The position numbers and the translations under genes were made by a program. From Scyliorhinus canicula (lineage: Eukaryota), in contig NC_052162.1 of assembly GCF_902713615.1 (NCBI RefSeq), forward strand, positions 127,124,653 through 127,188,652: a stretch of 64,000 bases of DNA, read 5' to 3'. This document shows positions 62,853-64,000 of the stretch, in pieces (the stretch's first letter is position 1; each line of letters starts with the position of its first letter). Under the pieces are notes generated by a model. It ran no database searches, was not told the DNA's origin, and worked only from the letters and a program-made list of their open reading frames with translations.

Positions 62853-63478
62853 CTGGATTCACTTCCTTTCCCTTCAGTTGCTGCAAGTCCCCAATGTCCC
62901 CCCAGAATGAGGAAAGAAATGGAAAGGGGGAAACATTGATTCCCTCCCAGATGTTGCAGAGGAGGAAGTTTTAGTCAAACTTCCGGATTGTGACGTCACA
63001 GGGGAGCCTTGCCAGGATCAGCCAATAGGAATCACTGTGCTCCGTGGTGACGTCTCCGGGTTCCATTGCGCAGGCTCAACGCGGACACGGGAGCCCCGCC
63101 CCCACCCATTGTTCCCCGCCCACCTCCTCCAGACAAGGTTTCCAGGCAACCGGCTGACGGCTCCGGCCAGAGCGAGAAGCCGCTCAGTGACCTCCCCCTT
63201 GCCCGGGACTGCGGGTGTGCTGATGAGTGCCCGCCCCTGACCTTCCGGCTGAGGTATTGACCAATGGGAAGATTGGAGGACCGGAAGGACTCTCTTCATT
63301 CAGATCAAACCGCGGACTTCCGGTGTCTGAAAATGGCGCTTCACACAGACTGAAACCTCCTCCTGTCTCCAACATCTGTGAGTAAAACACTTTCTTTTCT
63401 CCCCCTTTCCATTTATTTTCTCATTCTCACCTTCAATTGGTCACTTGCAGCAAGTGAAGGGAAAGGAAGTGAATCCAG
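62853..63478. promoter_or_regulatory. Bidirectional promoter cassette P6; donor at 63378
   Basis: CRE, CCAAT, ETS and YY1 motifs and inverted arms; NRF1-like site mutated. Confidence 0.82.
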
Positions 63479-63926
63479 GGAGGGTGCAGACTCTGCAAAG
63501 CTTGGCCAAGGTCTCTCTCTTATAGCACAATTGCTTTACAGCTCCAGGTTCCCAGTTCGATTCCGGCCCCGGGTCACTGTCCGTGTGGAGTCTGCAAGTT
63601 CTCCCAGTGTCTTCGCCCCCCCCCCCCCGCAAAGGGGAAAGCAGACTCTGGTCATCTGGGACTATGGAAACTTTGCTATGGATACAAATGGAGAATGGAG
63701 AAACGTTTTAAGGTCTCTCTGTCTGGGACATGAAACAGTGACCATGGATCTGTTGCTCAAATTAAATCGTACCTCAACAAGAATTGGGAGGGTATATATT
63801 GAGCAGAGTTAGTGTTGGATGACTTTTGGGAAGGAGAAGGGATTGAATGTTCATAGAAACTAGAATTGTCTGTTCTGAATGTCTATCCTGTACTGACAGT
63901 GATGATTGTGTAAACCCCTTTTACAG

Positions 63927-64000
63927 CATCTCAGAAGGTGAGGATTTACAGACAGAAATCTCAAAGCAAATTTCACGTCAACATCCGACAGCGTCGCTCA
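63927..64000 (+). other. Start of terminal exon of a seventh ZNF gene (G), cut by the window end
   Basis: ccccttttacag|catctcagaagg as in genes A and F. Confidence 0.75.

Overview
Eukaryotic, TE-rich vertebrate DNA, most likely a cartilaginous fish (inferred from HE1/V-SINE-like SINEs and CR1, L1/Tx1, Rex/Babar, Penelope and Gypsy remnants). The window is a tandem cluster of effector-less C2H2 zinc-finger genes built from a repeated head-to-head cassette. Six copies of a CpG-rich bidirectional promoter (CRE, CCAAT, NRF1, ETS/GABP, YY1 motifs) are each flanked by about 120-bp inverted arms. Each right arm leads through a short exon 1 and one intron to a + strand ZNF exon (genes A-F, 7-13 finger units; A's promoter is not in the window and G is cut by the window end). 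Each left arm leads to a paralogous - strand partner that is dead: pseudogenised, deleted, or with its finger array replaced by a 26-bp minisatellite. Translation apparently starts at a linker-derived Met (TGEKP->TMEKP) behind fossil fingers. It ends at a TGA that is the first three bases of an inserted LTR-like element, which cut off the ancestral last finger. Units are mosaics, with crossovers mapping to the promoter and the LTR. There are nested LTR/hAT insertions with clear TSDs and Penelope-type minimal hammerhead motifs. All calls were made by eye without database searches; family names and TE boundaries lacking TSDs are approximate.
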